From the NCBI GenBank assembly GCA_963805855.1, contig CAWDVW010000002.1, positions 320,001-384,000 of the forward strand: 64,000 nucleotides of DNA. Reading direction: 5' to 3'. A program made the translations under genes and the position numbers. Position 1 is the first letter of the stretch, and every line of letters starts with the position of its first letter. Source of the DNA: Candidatus Dadabacteria bacterium. Lineage in GTDB: Bacteria > Desulfobacterota_D > UBA1144 > Nemesobacterales > CSP1-2. Below the pieces are notes generated by a model. It saw only the letters and a list, made by a program, of their open reading frames with translations, was not told the DNA's origin and ran no database searches. Of this stretch, positions 1-8,921 are shown one piece after another.

Positions 1-806
1 TGTCTGTTTCCGTCCCTCGCAATTTCAAACATTGTATGCCCTTCGAGCTCCAAATCATAATAGATATCGGCTCCAATGTTGGAAACACGCCACAACTGTG
101 TCTCTCCCGGCCTGCACACAATGGTCGGGTTAATCATTCCGTTTACCAACCTGTTAGTCGGAGCATCACTATCGATGTCCATCGGTACCTGCCCATCCGG
201 ATCAATTTGCACATCCTTTAGATAGATTATCTTCTCTTTAATGCCTTGAAGCTCCGGAAAAGGATCCAGCAAACCTTCAACGATTAACCCCCCCGATAGA
301 CCGCTCATCACCTGGAATTCACCCAGGCCAAATGTATGTGAATGATAATAATACATTCCCTGTGGGTGATTATCCGGAATGGGGATCTCATAGTCGAACG
401 ATTGGGTCGGCATCACCATGATAAATATATCGTCGCCTGGGCTCAGGGGAGTCACATTCATGCCGTGTGTATGGTTCTGATACATCTGATCGATCATATT
501 AATAAGTTTTATTTTCATGGTATCCCCAGGTTTAACCCTCAGCACAGGTGGGGTATATGTGCCATTAAACATCCTGCTCGAAAATTTCTGACCGTCTATT
601 TCTCCTTCGGCAAAATCTATGGTGAGAGTCGCATTCAAAACACCGTTTGAACTAAGGATTTGAGGAGGATTGCGAAAGGTCTCTTTCATTCCGCCACCGC
701 CGCCATCATCGTCACAGGTTAGACTGAGTATTAAAACCGAAACTAAAATCAAGAAACTAAAGGCGTCCATTATCCGTTTTTGATTTTCTTTAAACTTCCC
801 GGGCAA
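1..806 (-). CDS. Multicopper oxidase, N-terminal part (runs off the left edge)
   Basis: Hand translation of the minus strand gives P-VLRVKPGD, NHTHG and GMYYYHSH copper-binding motifs. TTG start at 806 with GAGGAGG about 9 nt upstream (alternative ATG at 770). Not in the ORF track. Confidence 0.85.
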   Translation of the reverse strand, partial: MPGKFKENQKRIMDAFSFLILVSVLILSLTCDDDGGGGGMKETFRNPPQILSSNGVLNATLTIDFAEGEIDGQKFSSRMFNGTYTPPVLRVKPGDTMKIKLINMIDQMYQNHTHGMNVTPLSPGDDIFIMVMPTQSFDYEIPIPDNHPQGMYYYHSHTFGLGEFQVMSGLSGGLIVEGLLDPFPELQGIKEKIIYLKDVQIDPDGQVPMDIDSDAPTNRLVNGMINPTIVCRPGETQLWRVSNIGADIYYDLELEGHTMFEIARDGNR

Positions 807-858
807 TGTTCCATTCCTCCTCAATTCAGTGGTATGTAAATCTCTCGAGTCGCTTATA

Positions 859-1536
859 TCAACCCTTGAGAATCTTTTTTATATCCTCCGAAATATTGTG
901 GGGATTCAACTTATCATAAGGATAGTAAAATAGCAATCTGCCATCTTTATCTATCAAATATATATTAGTCGTATGTGACATCTGGTAACTATCCCAGGTA
1001 TCAAATTCTCCCCTGCCGTACACTTCAGGGTGTTTTATAAAAAAGGCATTATATTCTTTAACAACTCGTTTTATTTCTTCTGGCGTTCCAGTTAACCCGA
1101 TGAAACTATTATTAAAAGATGGAACATAAGATTTCAGTCTACTCGGTGTATCCCTTTCGGGATCAATCGTAATAAAAAGCACTTGAACGTTATCACCGCG
1201 ATCCCCGAGCTCCTTCTTAACATTACTGAGCTTTGAAAGTATGAGCGGACAGATATCAGGGCAATTGGTAAATCCCCAGGATATGAGTACCAACCTCCCT
1301 TTAAAATCAGAGAGGGATACCCTTTTATTATTTTGATCAGTTAACTCAAATTCTGGCGCCTCTTTATAAATGCGAATCCCATGATAAAAATCGTCGTCTT
1401 TTAACTCTCCGGAATCGTCGCTTTTGAGTAATTGGATAAAAAACAATACCCAGCCCAGCATGAGCAATATCACAAAAGCAACGTTAGAGACGCGTTTTAG
1501 ATTCATCGTTAAATAATCTGGAAAAGAATATATCAT
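859..1536 (-). CDS. SCO/SenC family copper chaperone
   Basis: GFTNCPDICP (CxxxC), TIDPERDT, downstream His (MSHT), N-terminal TM anchor. Confidence 0.92.
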   Translation of the reverse strand: MIYSFPDYLTMNLKRVSNVAFVILLMLGWVLFFIQLLKSDDSGELKDDDFYHGIRIYKEAPEFELTDQNNKRVSLSDFKGRLVLISWGFTNCPDICPLILSKLSNVKKELGDRGDNVQVLFITIDPERDTPSRLKSYVPSFNNSFIGLTGTPEEIKRVVKEYNAFFIKHPEVYGRGEFDTWDSYQMSHTTNIYLIDKDGRLLFYYPYDKLNPHNISEDIKKILKG

Positions 1537-1666
1537 TTATAATTAAAAAAAGAAGCATCCCTTTTTCTCTTTGATTATAAACACTGTAAGTCGTATAATT
1601 TTAAGAACTCAGGGATGTCGCCTATTATTTATATTCCGGCAACCGGCTGATCCTGAGAAATGCCTT

Positions 1667-2500
1667 ATGAATAGCCTCTGCTTTATTAATGGAAAAATAG
1701 TTCACAAAAGCCATGCCCGCATAGGTGTTGATGACCTCGGTCTCCAACGAGGATATGCAGTTTTTGATTATGTGAGGACATTCAATGGCAAGCTTTTCCA
1801 CTTTCCTGATTACCTTGAGAGACTCAGAAAGTCCGCCTCGGCACTTTATCTAGAACTGCCTTATTCGGATGAAGAGATCTTCGAGATAACAACGCGGCTG
1901 ATTGGAGAAAGTGATCTGAAAAATCCTGCAATCAGACTAATCTTAACGGGTGGGAAAGCCCAGGAACAAGCGGGCTTTGACCGACCGAACTTTATCATAG
2001 TCACTGAAGAGCTTCCCTATCATCCTAGCGAACTATACATTTATGGCGCGAAACTCATTACCCTCGAGTATCAAAGAGAACTACCTCATGTGAAAACAAC
2101 CAACTACTTAAACTCCATTCGGTTAGACGCTCTAAAACGGGAGAAGGGGGCGTTCAACATGCTGTATTATTATCAGAATAGAGTGACCGAGTGTCCTCGG
2201 GATAACTTTTTCATTTTTGTAGGAGATACACTGATCACGCCCAAGGATGACGTCCTCCAGGGTATTACAAGAAAACAAATCTTGCGTCTTTCACGGGAGC
2301 ATTTCTCAGTCGAGGTGCGCGAGGTGAGTCTACAGGAATTGAGCTTCGCCGATGAGGCATTCACCACCTCAACAAGCAAGGGTGTGATCCCGATTGTTCA
2401 GATCGACGATCACAAAATCGGCAGTGGCTCTGCTGGCGAGCGGACAAAAACTGTAATGAGGCTTTTTCAGGATTATACGGAGAGCTACTGTAATCCGTAA
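1667..2500 (+). CDS. Class IV PLP-dependent aminotransferase (D-alanine/branched-chain/ADC-lyase-like)
   Basis: RGYAVFD, KTTNYL (PLP Lys), LQGITR, EAFTTSTSKG. ATG at 1667 preferred over TTG at 1571. Confidence 0.88.
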   Translation: MNSLCFINGKIVHKSHARIGVDDLGLQRGYAVFDYVRTFNGKLFHFPDYLERLRKSASALYLELPYSDEEIFEITTRLIGESDLKNPAIRLILTGGKAQEQAGFDRPNFIIVTEELPYHPSELYIYGAKLITLEYQRELPHVKTTNYLNSIRLDALKREKGAFNMLYYYQNRVTECPRDNFFIFVGDTLITPKDDVLQGITRKQILRLSREHFSVEVREVSLQELSFADEAFTTSTSKGVIPIVQIDDHKIGSGSAGERTKTVMRLFQDYTESYCNP

Positions 2501-2524
2501 TTAAAAAATGACTTAAAAAGGGAT

Positions 2525-2893
2525 CCACTTTTGCTTCTCAACCCTTCATGGAGTGTACGCTCTTGATTGGTAGTGACACTGTTAGCTACGACGTCGGAAC
2601 AATCAACGGCAGTGACATGAAAACCTTAAAGACCAAAATAACAATGACTCCAAGAGGTAGCAAAATAGTAAACCAGGCAATTGGTACAATCTCAGGCGAG
2701 GGCGGCCAACTTCAAGAAATGCAATCAATCACAAATCATAGTCAGCATCATCTTTATTGTTGGGCGAAAAGGGAGCAGCAGCAATGGATGTACATTTGCA
2801 AGCAATAAACCGCATCATAGTTCTACCGCCATAAATCTTGTTCTATTATTCATCCCTATTTTCTACATGGGCTTGCATCGATTAAATGTATGA
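2525..2893 (+). pseudogene. Frameshifted 3' remnant of a surface protein ending in a Gly-Cys/TM/basic sorting tail
   Basis: Overlapping ORFs 2548-2808 (beta-rich, IVNQAIGTISG) and 2681-2893 (ends SSSNGCTFA...INLVLLFIPIFYMGLHR); the tail resembles that of 52688-54805. Confidence 0.45.
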
Positions 2894-2924
2894 ACATAAA
2901 ACTTTTATCATCCTGAGTGGACAT

Positions 2925-3347
2925 TCACTGTAGTTTCTCTTTTCCAATATCCTTCATTGGAAAAGGCACGGGGGAGGCGTGGTGAAGAACAAGAAGCCAT
3001 TTCGAGTCGTGGCGCTCAAAAATATTTGTAGTTTGAGCTAAACCTGTCTGAACATTTTCCTCGACTCTCTGTGTAATATGCTCTATACATGTAATCCAGG
3101 CTACATCTTCAATAATTTCAGTGTGTATGTCTGATAATTCGATTTTCGCTGGTCCCCCACCGCTAAATATAGTACTCCAACTCTCTTTTATTGAATCCCA
3201 TCCACTCAGCAGAGGCCAGCCTGGATGAACACATTTTGCAATTTCATCTTTAAACCAGACCTCTGCCATCAAATCTAAATCACCCCTTTCAAGGGCTTTG
3301 TAGAATCTTGCATTCGCACTGAGTACCTCTTTAAGCTCATCAGGCAT
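2925..3347 (-). CDS. SnoaL/NTF2-like protein
   Basis: ANARFYKALE, CVHPGW..L.GW, TTNIFE, WLLVLHHAS. Confidence 0.85.
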   Translation of the reverse strand: MPDELKEVLSANARFYKALERGDLDLMAEVWFKDEIAKCVHPGWPLLSGWDSIKESWSTIFSGGGPAKIELSDIHTEIIEDVAWITCIEHITQRVEENVQTGLAQTTNIFERHDSKWLLVLHHASPVPFPMKDIGKEKLQ

Positions 3348-3380
3348 AACAGAAAACCTCCAATTAGTAAATGATAATTA

Positions 3381-3510
3381 TCAAATCACAAGCACCAAAA
3401 TTCAAGCAAATTCAAAATCCGAAATAACAAATTCCCAATTGTTTTCGCAACTGAAATTTCATATCTTGGATTTATTTGGAATTTGGACTTTGGGATTTGC
3501 AATTTGTAGT
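3381..3510. repeat. Heptamer-built imperfect inverted repeat (CAAATTC-like arm, then GAATTTG-like arm)
   Basis: A/C-rich arm ~3381-3438 and T/G-rich arm ~3457-3510; similar element at 43015-43137. Confidence 0.7.
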
Positions 3511-4646
3511 TCCGGTTCGCTCATGTTCAGAATTGATTCGATTTCTTCCCGAACCGATTTATCAGTTTCAAAATCTAAATGCTTCGATAAAGTATCGAAC
3601 GATTCATTACCCGCAACCTTCCACAAGGCCCAAGCCGCATGTGTCCTTATCAGCGATTCATCATCCTGCAAAGCCTCTTTGATATAAGGTATGAAAGCCT
3701 TGTGCCCGGAATTTCCCATCGCGACCATAACGTTTCTTATGAAGCCCTTTCTTTTTGCCCTCTTAATTGGGCTATCCTTGAAAACCTTTCTAAATTCCTC
3801 GATAGATAATTGCGAGAGATACATGAGATCAGGATTATATAAAGGATTCCTTGGTTGAAATGATTCAGATTCTGACACTTTTGCTTTCCTGTTCCAGGGG
3901 CATACGTCCTGGCAAATGTCACATCCGTAGATGTTATTATCCATCTTCTCCCTGAGACCAGATGGAATCTTTCCCCTGAATTCTATTGTGAGATATGAAA
4001 TGCATAGATTCGAGTCCAATATATATGGCGCTCTTAGCGCACCGGTGGGACAGGCATCTATGCACATGCTGCATGTGCCACATCTGTCAGGAACGGGACT
4101 GTCATAATCCAATTCAATATCCGTTATTATTTCACCGAGAAAAATCCAGGAACCTATATCCTGGTTTATTAAACACGTATTCTTTCCAGACCAACCGATG
4201 CCAGAGTACTTTCCATAAACCCTCTCCAGTACCGGCCCCGTATCGACATACACACGTGATTTTATACCTTTTGGAACGATTTTCCCGATATGTTCATCAA
4301 TTAAGAATAACCGCTCGTTCATAACTTCATGATAATCGTCACCCCATGCATAACGTGAAATCCAACCTTTTTTCTTATCTGGCTGATCAATCGAATAAGG
4401 ATAGTCGGTGTTGTAGTTCATCCCACACGAAATTACAGATTTTGCCTCAGGGAGTATGTTTTTTACATTTGCCCTTTTTTCGGGAGCCCTCTCCATATAT
4501 TTCATCTCTCCTGCGAAGCCCCTCGCTAGCCACTCTTTGTAATACTGATTTTCGGGAAATGAATCTACTGGAGATATACCCACCAGATCAAACCCGACTT
4601 CCAAGGCTTTATCTTTAATGGATTTTGTAAGACTCACTGTATCCAC
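3459..4646 (-). CDS. queG: tRNA epoxyqueuosine(34) reductase
   Basis: ISRYAWGDDYH, YVDTGPVLER, CGTCSMCIDACPTGA, CISYLTIE, GCDICQDVCPWN, C-terminal HEAT repeat. Confidence 0.95.
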   Translation of the reverse strand: MDTVSLTKSIKDKALEVGFDLVGISPVDSFPENQYYKEWLARGFAGEMKYMERAPEKRANVKNILPEAKSVISCGMNYNTDYPYSIDQPDKKKGWISRYAWGDDYHEVMNERLFLIDEHIGKIVPKGIKSRVYVDTGPVLERVYGKYSGIGWSGKNTCLINQDIGSWIFLGEIITDIELDYDSPVPDRCGTCSMCIDACPTGALRAPYILDSNLCISYLTIEFRGKIPSGLREKMDNNIYGCDICQDVCPWNRKAKVSESESFQPRNPLYNPDLMYLSQLSIEEFRKVFKDSPIKRAKRKGFIRNVMVAMGNSGHKAFIPYIKEALQDDESLIRTHAAWALWKVAGNESFDTLSKHLDFETDKSVREEIESILNMSEPELQIANPKVQIPNKSKI

Positions 4647-4729
4647 AGAGGTTTATTTTATCATGGCAGCTATTCGACAGCTAATGCTTGTCATCTATTC
4701 ATGCAATTACCAAACAATAAATTTAGCGG

Positions 4730-4927
4730 TAATGAAACTCCCTGCAGCAAGCTGCAGGGTATCATAATATAAACTGAACGTCTCAAGCGTCAATTGCGGG
4801 GAGCGAAGCGACCAAGCAATCTAGAAATAAGATTGCTTCACGGAGCTTGCACTGAGCAAATCGAATGTGTTCAAATTACAGGCAGGGGGAAATCCTGTAG
4901 CAAGCCACAGGGAATTCACTAGTTAAG
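4730..4927. mobile_element. Non-autonomous IS200/IS605-like MITE (two subterminal hairpins) containing nested repeats
   Basis: Hairpins CCCTGCAGC-AA-GCTGCAGGG (4740-4759) and CCTGTAGC-AA-GCCACAGG (4894-4911); no ORF between them. Confidence 0.5.
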
Positions 4928-5018
4928 AAAATCAAATAGGCACAACATGCATCCCATCTGGACTTTTAGTGGAGCATTATCAAGAAGATGCAGCGGAGGG
5001 GTCGCAGTAGATAGAAAA

Positions 5019-5516
5019 CTAACCTTTCAAACACTTTACCTTTGTGATCAGCTCTGCCACCTCCCTCACAGCCTCCTCCCCAATTCCATATGTCACATAA
5101 TATGAATTCGCCTTTACCTCAAGAGGGGCGTCCGCAGGTGCTACAGAGAAGTTAACTTTACTCACCATATCGAGGTCAGAATGATCCCAACAGAAAAATG
5201 CTATGTTTTCATCTAAAACCGAATGTCCGCTTTTTAACTTAGAGTAAAAATTTAAGTTTTCTGATATACCGTGATAGAATATATCAATCCCAAGACGATT
5301 GATGATCGACGAAATCTCATTTGATGTCTTATTTGAGAATACGACACTCTCAATTCCGACTTTTTTTAAAGTATGAATATGGTGACCATTCCTCATGCCG
5401 GGATTGTTCAGGTATAGCGAGATCAAATCCTTTGTAATAAACCCGTCGGCATTAATTAACAAGAGCTTAATTTTGCTGAGCTTATTGATAAGATCGGTTC
5501 TTAGCTTGATCAACAT
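5019..5516 (-). CDS. KdsC-like HAD-fold protein with degenerate catalytic motifs
   Basis: KIKLLLINADG at the N-terminus and SVAPADA...YVT.G.GEEAVREVAELI at the C-terminus match the KdsC layout. Confidence 0.7.
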   Translation of the reverse strand: MLIKLRTDLINKLSKIKLLLINADGFITKDLISLYLNNPGMRNGHHIHTLKKVGIESVVFSNKTSNEISSIINRLGIDIFYHGISENLNFYSKLKSGHSVLDENIAFFCWDHSDLDMVSKVNFSVAPADAPLEVKANSYYVTYGIGEEAVREVAELITKVKCLKG

Positions 5517-5656
5517 AAAATTCTCAAATTTCCATTGCCGACTTGAATACCATTTTAAGTGCTAAACAGTTAAATAGCAAGTACCAAATATAAATGATAA
5601 AACCTTGAAGCACCAAAGCCGGATACAAGACTCTGGTGCACTTTATGGGCTAACGA

Positions 5657-6355
5657 ATGATCCCACTTCGTGATACAACTCGATCCAGCAGTTTTCCTGT
5701 TGTCAACACCATCTTAATAATATCAAATGTCATAGTGTTCTTGTACGAAATCTCTTTAGGCCAAGGTTCCGACCGCTTTATTTTTCAACATGGGCTAATC
5801 CCGGGATTACTATTTTCATCCACAGACATGGGACTTGTTGAACGTTTTTCACCGTTTTTTACATCACTATTTATTCATGCGGGTTTTCTACACCTTCTGG
5901 GGAATATGTTGTTCCTTTACATCTTCGGAGACAACGTAGAGGACAAAATGGGACACTTTAAATATCTGGTCTTTTACATTATGTGTGGTTTCTCTGCTGC
6001 CATCTTTCAGACGCTGACCAATATCCACTCCACGATTCCCATGATCGGAGCTAGCGGAGCCATCTCCGGGGTGCTCGGAGCTTACTTAATCTTCTTTCCC
6101 AGATCCAGGATACTCACCTTGCTACCAATACTTTTCATTATTCCGCTCATCCATATACCCGCTGCGGTTTTTATAATTGTCTGGTTTATTTTTCAATTTC
6201 TCAGTGGGCTGGCAACCCTTCCAGCCAAGCCCGGAATCGGAGGTGTTGCGTTTTGGGCCCATATAGGAGGTTTTGTTTCGGGACTAATCCTGGCTAGGTT
6301 TTTTCATAAGAAGGGAAGTATCCGCATAAGTCGCTTCAGTAAATATTATCATTAG
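5657..6355 (+). CDS. Rhomboid family intramembrane serine protease
   Basis: HAGFLHLLGNM, GASGAISG, GGVAFWAHIGGF. Confidence 0.95.
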   Translation: MIPLRDTTRSSSFPVVNTILIISNVIVFLYEISLGQGSDRFIFQHGLIPGLLFSSTDMGLVERFSPFFTSLFIHAGFLHLLGNMLFLYIFGDNVEDKMGHFKYLVFYIMCGFSAAIFQTLTNIHSTIPMIGASGAISGVLGAYLIFFPRSRILTLLPILFIIPLIHIPAAVFIIVWFIFQFLSGLATLPAKPGIGGVAFWAHIGGFVSGLILARFFHKKGSIRISRFSKYYH

Positions 6356-6526
6356 ATATGATACTAACAGATGTGTTAGTATAATATATATAATGAGAAT
6401 TAGAGGTCGAGACATCAAAAGATTCGCTAAAGGATAACAATAGTAGATCTGGAAACTCAGATCGGGTTTAACTGAAATCACATCAAAGGATAGTAAAAAA
6501 TAAAATTTTCAAGGTAGTAATCCAAA

Positions 6527-7798
6527 TTGGTATACAAAAACAAAACTAGGGATTCCAAAAATGTCCTTGCCATCCTAGCCGGGGGCGGCCCAGCACCCGG
6601 AATCAATGGAGTTATAAGTGCTGCGACAATTGAAGCAATAAATCAAGGTGTAGAAGTAATAGGCATCCGGGACGGTTTTAAGTGGATAGCACAAGGCGAT
6701 AAGAAACATATTCTTAGTCTAACAATCGAAAACACTTCGCGCATACACCTAACTGGCGGTTCGGTCTTAGGTATATCGAGGGAAAACCCGACCAAAAGTG
6801 CCCAAAAAATGAACAATGTGATAAGGACTCTCAAGGCCCTTAAGGTTAACTATCTTTTGACAGTCGGTGGGGATGATACAATGTTTACAGCCAGTCGGGT
6901 CGAGGCTGAAGCAAAAGGAAGGATTAAGGTAGCTCACGTGCCCAAGACAATTGATAATGATTTACCCCTTCCAGGCTATGATTCGACGTTCGGATTCGAA
7001 ACAGCGCGACACCTCGGTACAAGAATTGTCCAATATTTAATGGAAGATGCAAGAACAACAAGCAGGTGGTACCTTGTTGTAACAATGGGAAGAAAGACAG
7101 GTCACTTAGCCCTTGGAATAGGAAAAGCGGCAGGCGCAACTATAACTATAATTCCCGAACAGTTCACTGACCATAAAATAACCCTCGACACTCTCATAAC
7201 CTTACTCGAAGGGGCTATAATAAAGCGGATCAACATGGGCAGACAGGATGGTGTCGCTATTGTTGCGGAAGGTCTTGCCGAAAAACTGGAGGAGACAGAT
7301 TTCGAAGACTTAAAGGATGTGGAGAGAGATGCCCATGGAAATATAAGATTATCCGAAATTGACCTCGGAAAGGTAATCAAGAACGAAACAAAAAGAAGGC
7401 TGTCGGAAAAGGGTATCAATATCACAATCGTCAACAAGAATATCGGATACGAGCTCAGATCTGCCCCGCCCATTCCGTTTGATGCCAAATACACACGTGA
7501 CCTTGGCTATGGTGCTATAAAATTTTTACTGCAGGGCGGAACAGGCGCAATGATAACGATCCAGACCGGTAAAATGGTACCCTTAAATTTCAAAGAGCTA
7601 CTAGACCCTGAGACAGGAAGAACAAAGATTCGCTACGTCGATATAAACACGGAATCTTATGAAGTTGCGGAGAAATACATGATCAAGCTTACGGCAGAAG
7701 ATTTTCACAACAGGGTTAAATTGGCAGGGCTTTCACGAACGGCACATATGAAGCCTGAAGAATTTGTAAAATACTTTTCTAAAGCGCTAAGGCACTAG
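6527..7798 (+). CDS. pfp: Pyrophosphate-dependent phosphofructokinase
   Basis: GGGPAPG, GGDDT (Asp diagnostic of PPi use), PKTIDND, TMGR. Confidence 0.9.
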   Translation: MVYKNKTRDSKNVLAILAGGGPAPGINGVISAATIEAINQGVEVIGIRDGFKWIAQGDKKHILSLTIENTSRIHLTGGSVLGISRENPTKSAQKMNNVIRTLKALKVNYLLTVGGDDTMFTASRVEAEAKGRIKVAHVPKTIDNDLPLPGYDSTFGFETARHLGTRIVQYLMEDARTTSRWYLVVTMGRKTGHLALGIGKAAGATITIIPEQFTDHKITLDTLITLLEGAIIKRINMGRQDGVAIVAEGLAEKLEETDFEDLKDVERDAHGNIRLSEIDLGKVIKNETKRRLSEKGINITIVNKNIGYELRSAPPIPFDAKYTRDLGYGAIKFLLQGGTGAMITIQTGKMVPLNFKELLDPETGRTKIRYVDINTESYEVAEKYMIKLTAEDFHNRVKLAGLSRTAHMKPEEFVKYFSKALRH

Positions 7799-7913
7799 AA
7801 CTATCGGACATAGGCCAAGGCAAGTCAAATCAGCATAATTAGCATTTTAACCCCTTCGAAAAGCGCATCTGAATTTTTTCGAATTTTTTCAATGTTTTCT
7901 TTTTAGTCCTCTC

Positions 7914-7943
7914 TTGACAATCACTCGAATTACTTTATATAAT
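7914..7943 (+). promoter_or_regulatory. Sigma70-type promoter of the cox-qcr operon
   Basis: TTGACA (7914-7919), 18-nt spacer, TATAAT (7938-7943); AAGGAG RBS before ATG 8004. Confidence 0.7.
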
Positions 7944-8003
7944 GCCTTGTACCTGACATACCGATCATAAACCACTATAAATTTAACCTCTTAAAGGAGT
8001 AAG

Positions 8004-8921
8004 ATGGAAAAACTGGGTGGTATATTCAACGCAAGCTCCCCAGAGATGACAGAAATGGCTGGTTTGACATTGTTTATGATTGCCATTTCGATCGCAATTT
8101 TTGTAATAGTAACCGGCGCCATAGTATTCATTATAATACGATATAGAAAACGAAAGGGCGATGATAGTGAGCCAGAACAATATTTTGGAAGTCTTACCGC
8201 GGAAATCGTATGGACATTGATACCCACTATTATCGTCGGCATATTATTTTTCTATACCGTAAAAACCATGTATGCAGTCGATCCGCCAAAGGGAGATCGT
8301 GAGCCAGATATCATAATAATTGGGCACCAATGGTGGTGGGAGCTCATTTATCCAAAATCAGGAGTCGTCACCGCCAACGAGGTTCATCTCCCCGTTGGTG
8401 AGAAATGGTTGGCAAGGCTTGAGTCAGTTGATGTAATACATGATTTCTGGGTTCCTGAACTTTTCAGAAAAATCGATCTTGTGCCCGGACATCCCAATCA
8501 TATATGGTTATCATCCAGCAAGCCCGGAACCTTTCTAGGTGCCTGTGCAGAGTTTTGTGGGGCGCAGCATGCAAACATGCGTATCAGGGTTATAGTACAA
8601 ACAAGGGAAGATTTTGATGCCTGGCAAGATCAGCAACTTAAATTTCCAAGACCCCCGAGCTCGAGTGAAGCAACAATGGGGGCAAAGCTTTTCAACACAA
8701 TGGGGTGTGCTAATTGTCATCTAGCAAATGTTGGTCCCAACTTAACTCATATTTCAACGCGCGAAACCATTGGAGCCGGCGTGCTTACAAATACACCTGA
8801 AAATCTAAAGAAGTGGCTCTTGAATCCCCAAGCCTATAAGCCTGGTTCTTATATGCCAAATATGAAGCTTTCAGACCAACAAGTAAATCAGATAGTTGCA
8901 TACCTGGAGACATTAAAATGA
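8004..8921 (+). CDS. ctaC: Cytochrome c oxidase subunit II with fused cytochrome c (caa3-type)
   Basis: GHQWWW, DVIHDFW, CAEFCGAQHANM (CuA), C-terminal CANCH. Confidence 0.95.
   Translation: MEKLGGIFNASSPEMTEMAGLTLFMIAISIAIFVIVTGAIVFIIIRYRKRKGDDSEPEQYFGSLTAEIVWTLIPTIIVGILFFYTVKTMYAVDPPKGDREPDIIIIGHQWWWELIYPKSGVVTANEVHLPVGEKWLARLESVDVIHDFWVPELFRKIDLVPGHPNHIWLSSSKPGTFLGACAEFCGAQHANMRIRVIVQTREDFDAWQDQQLKFPRPPSSSEATMGAKLFNTMGCANCHLANVGPNLTHISTRETIGAGVLTNTPENLKKWLLNPQAYKPGSYMPNMKLSDQQVNQIVAYLETLK

Noticed and set aside
36-650. Plus-strand ORFs 36-221 and 342-650
   Set aside because: Antisense to the multicopper oxidase frame.
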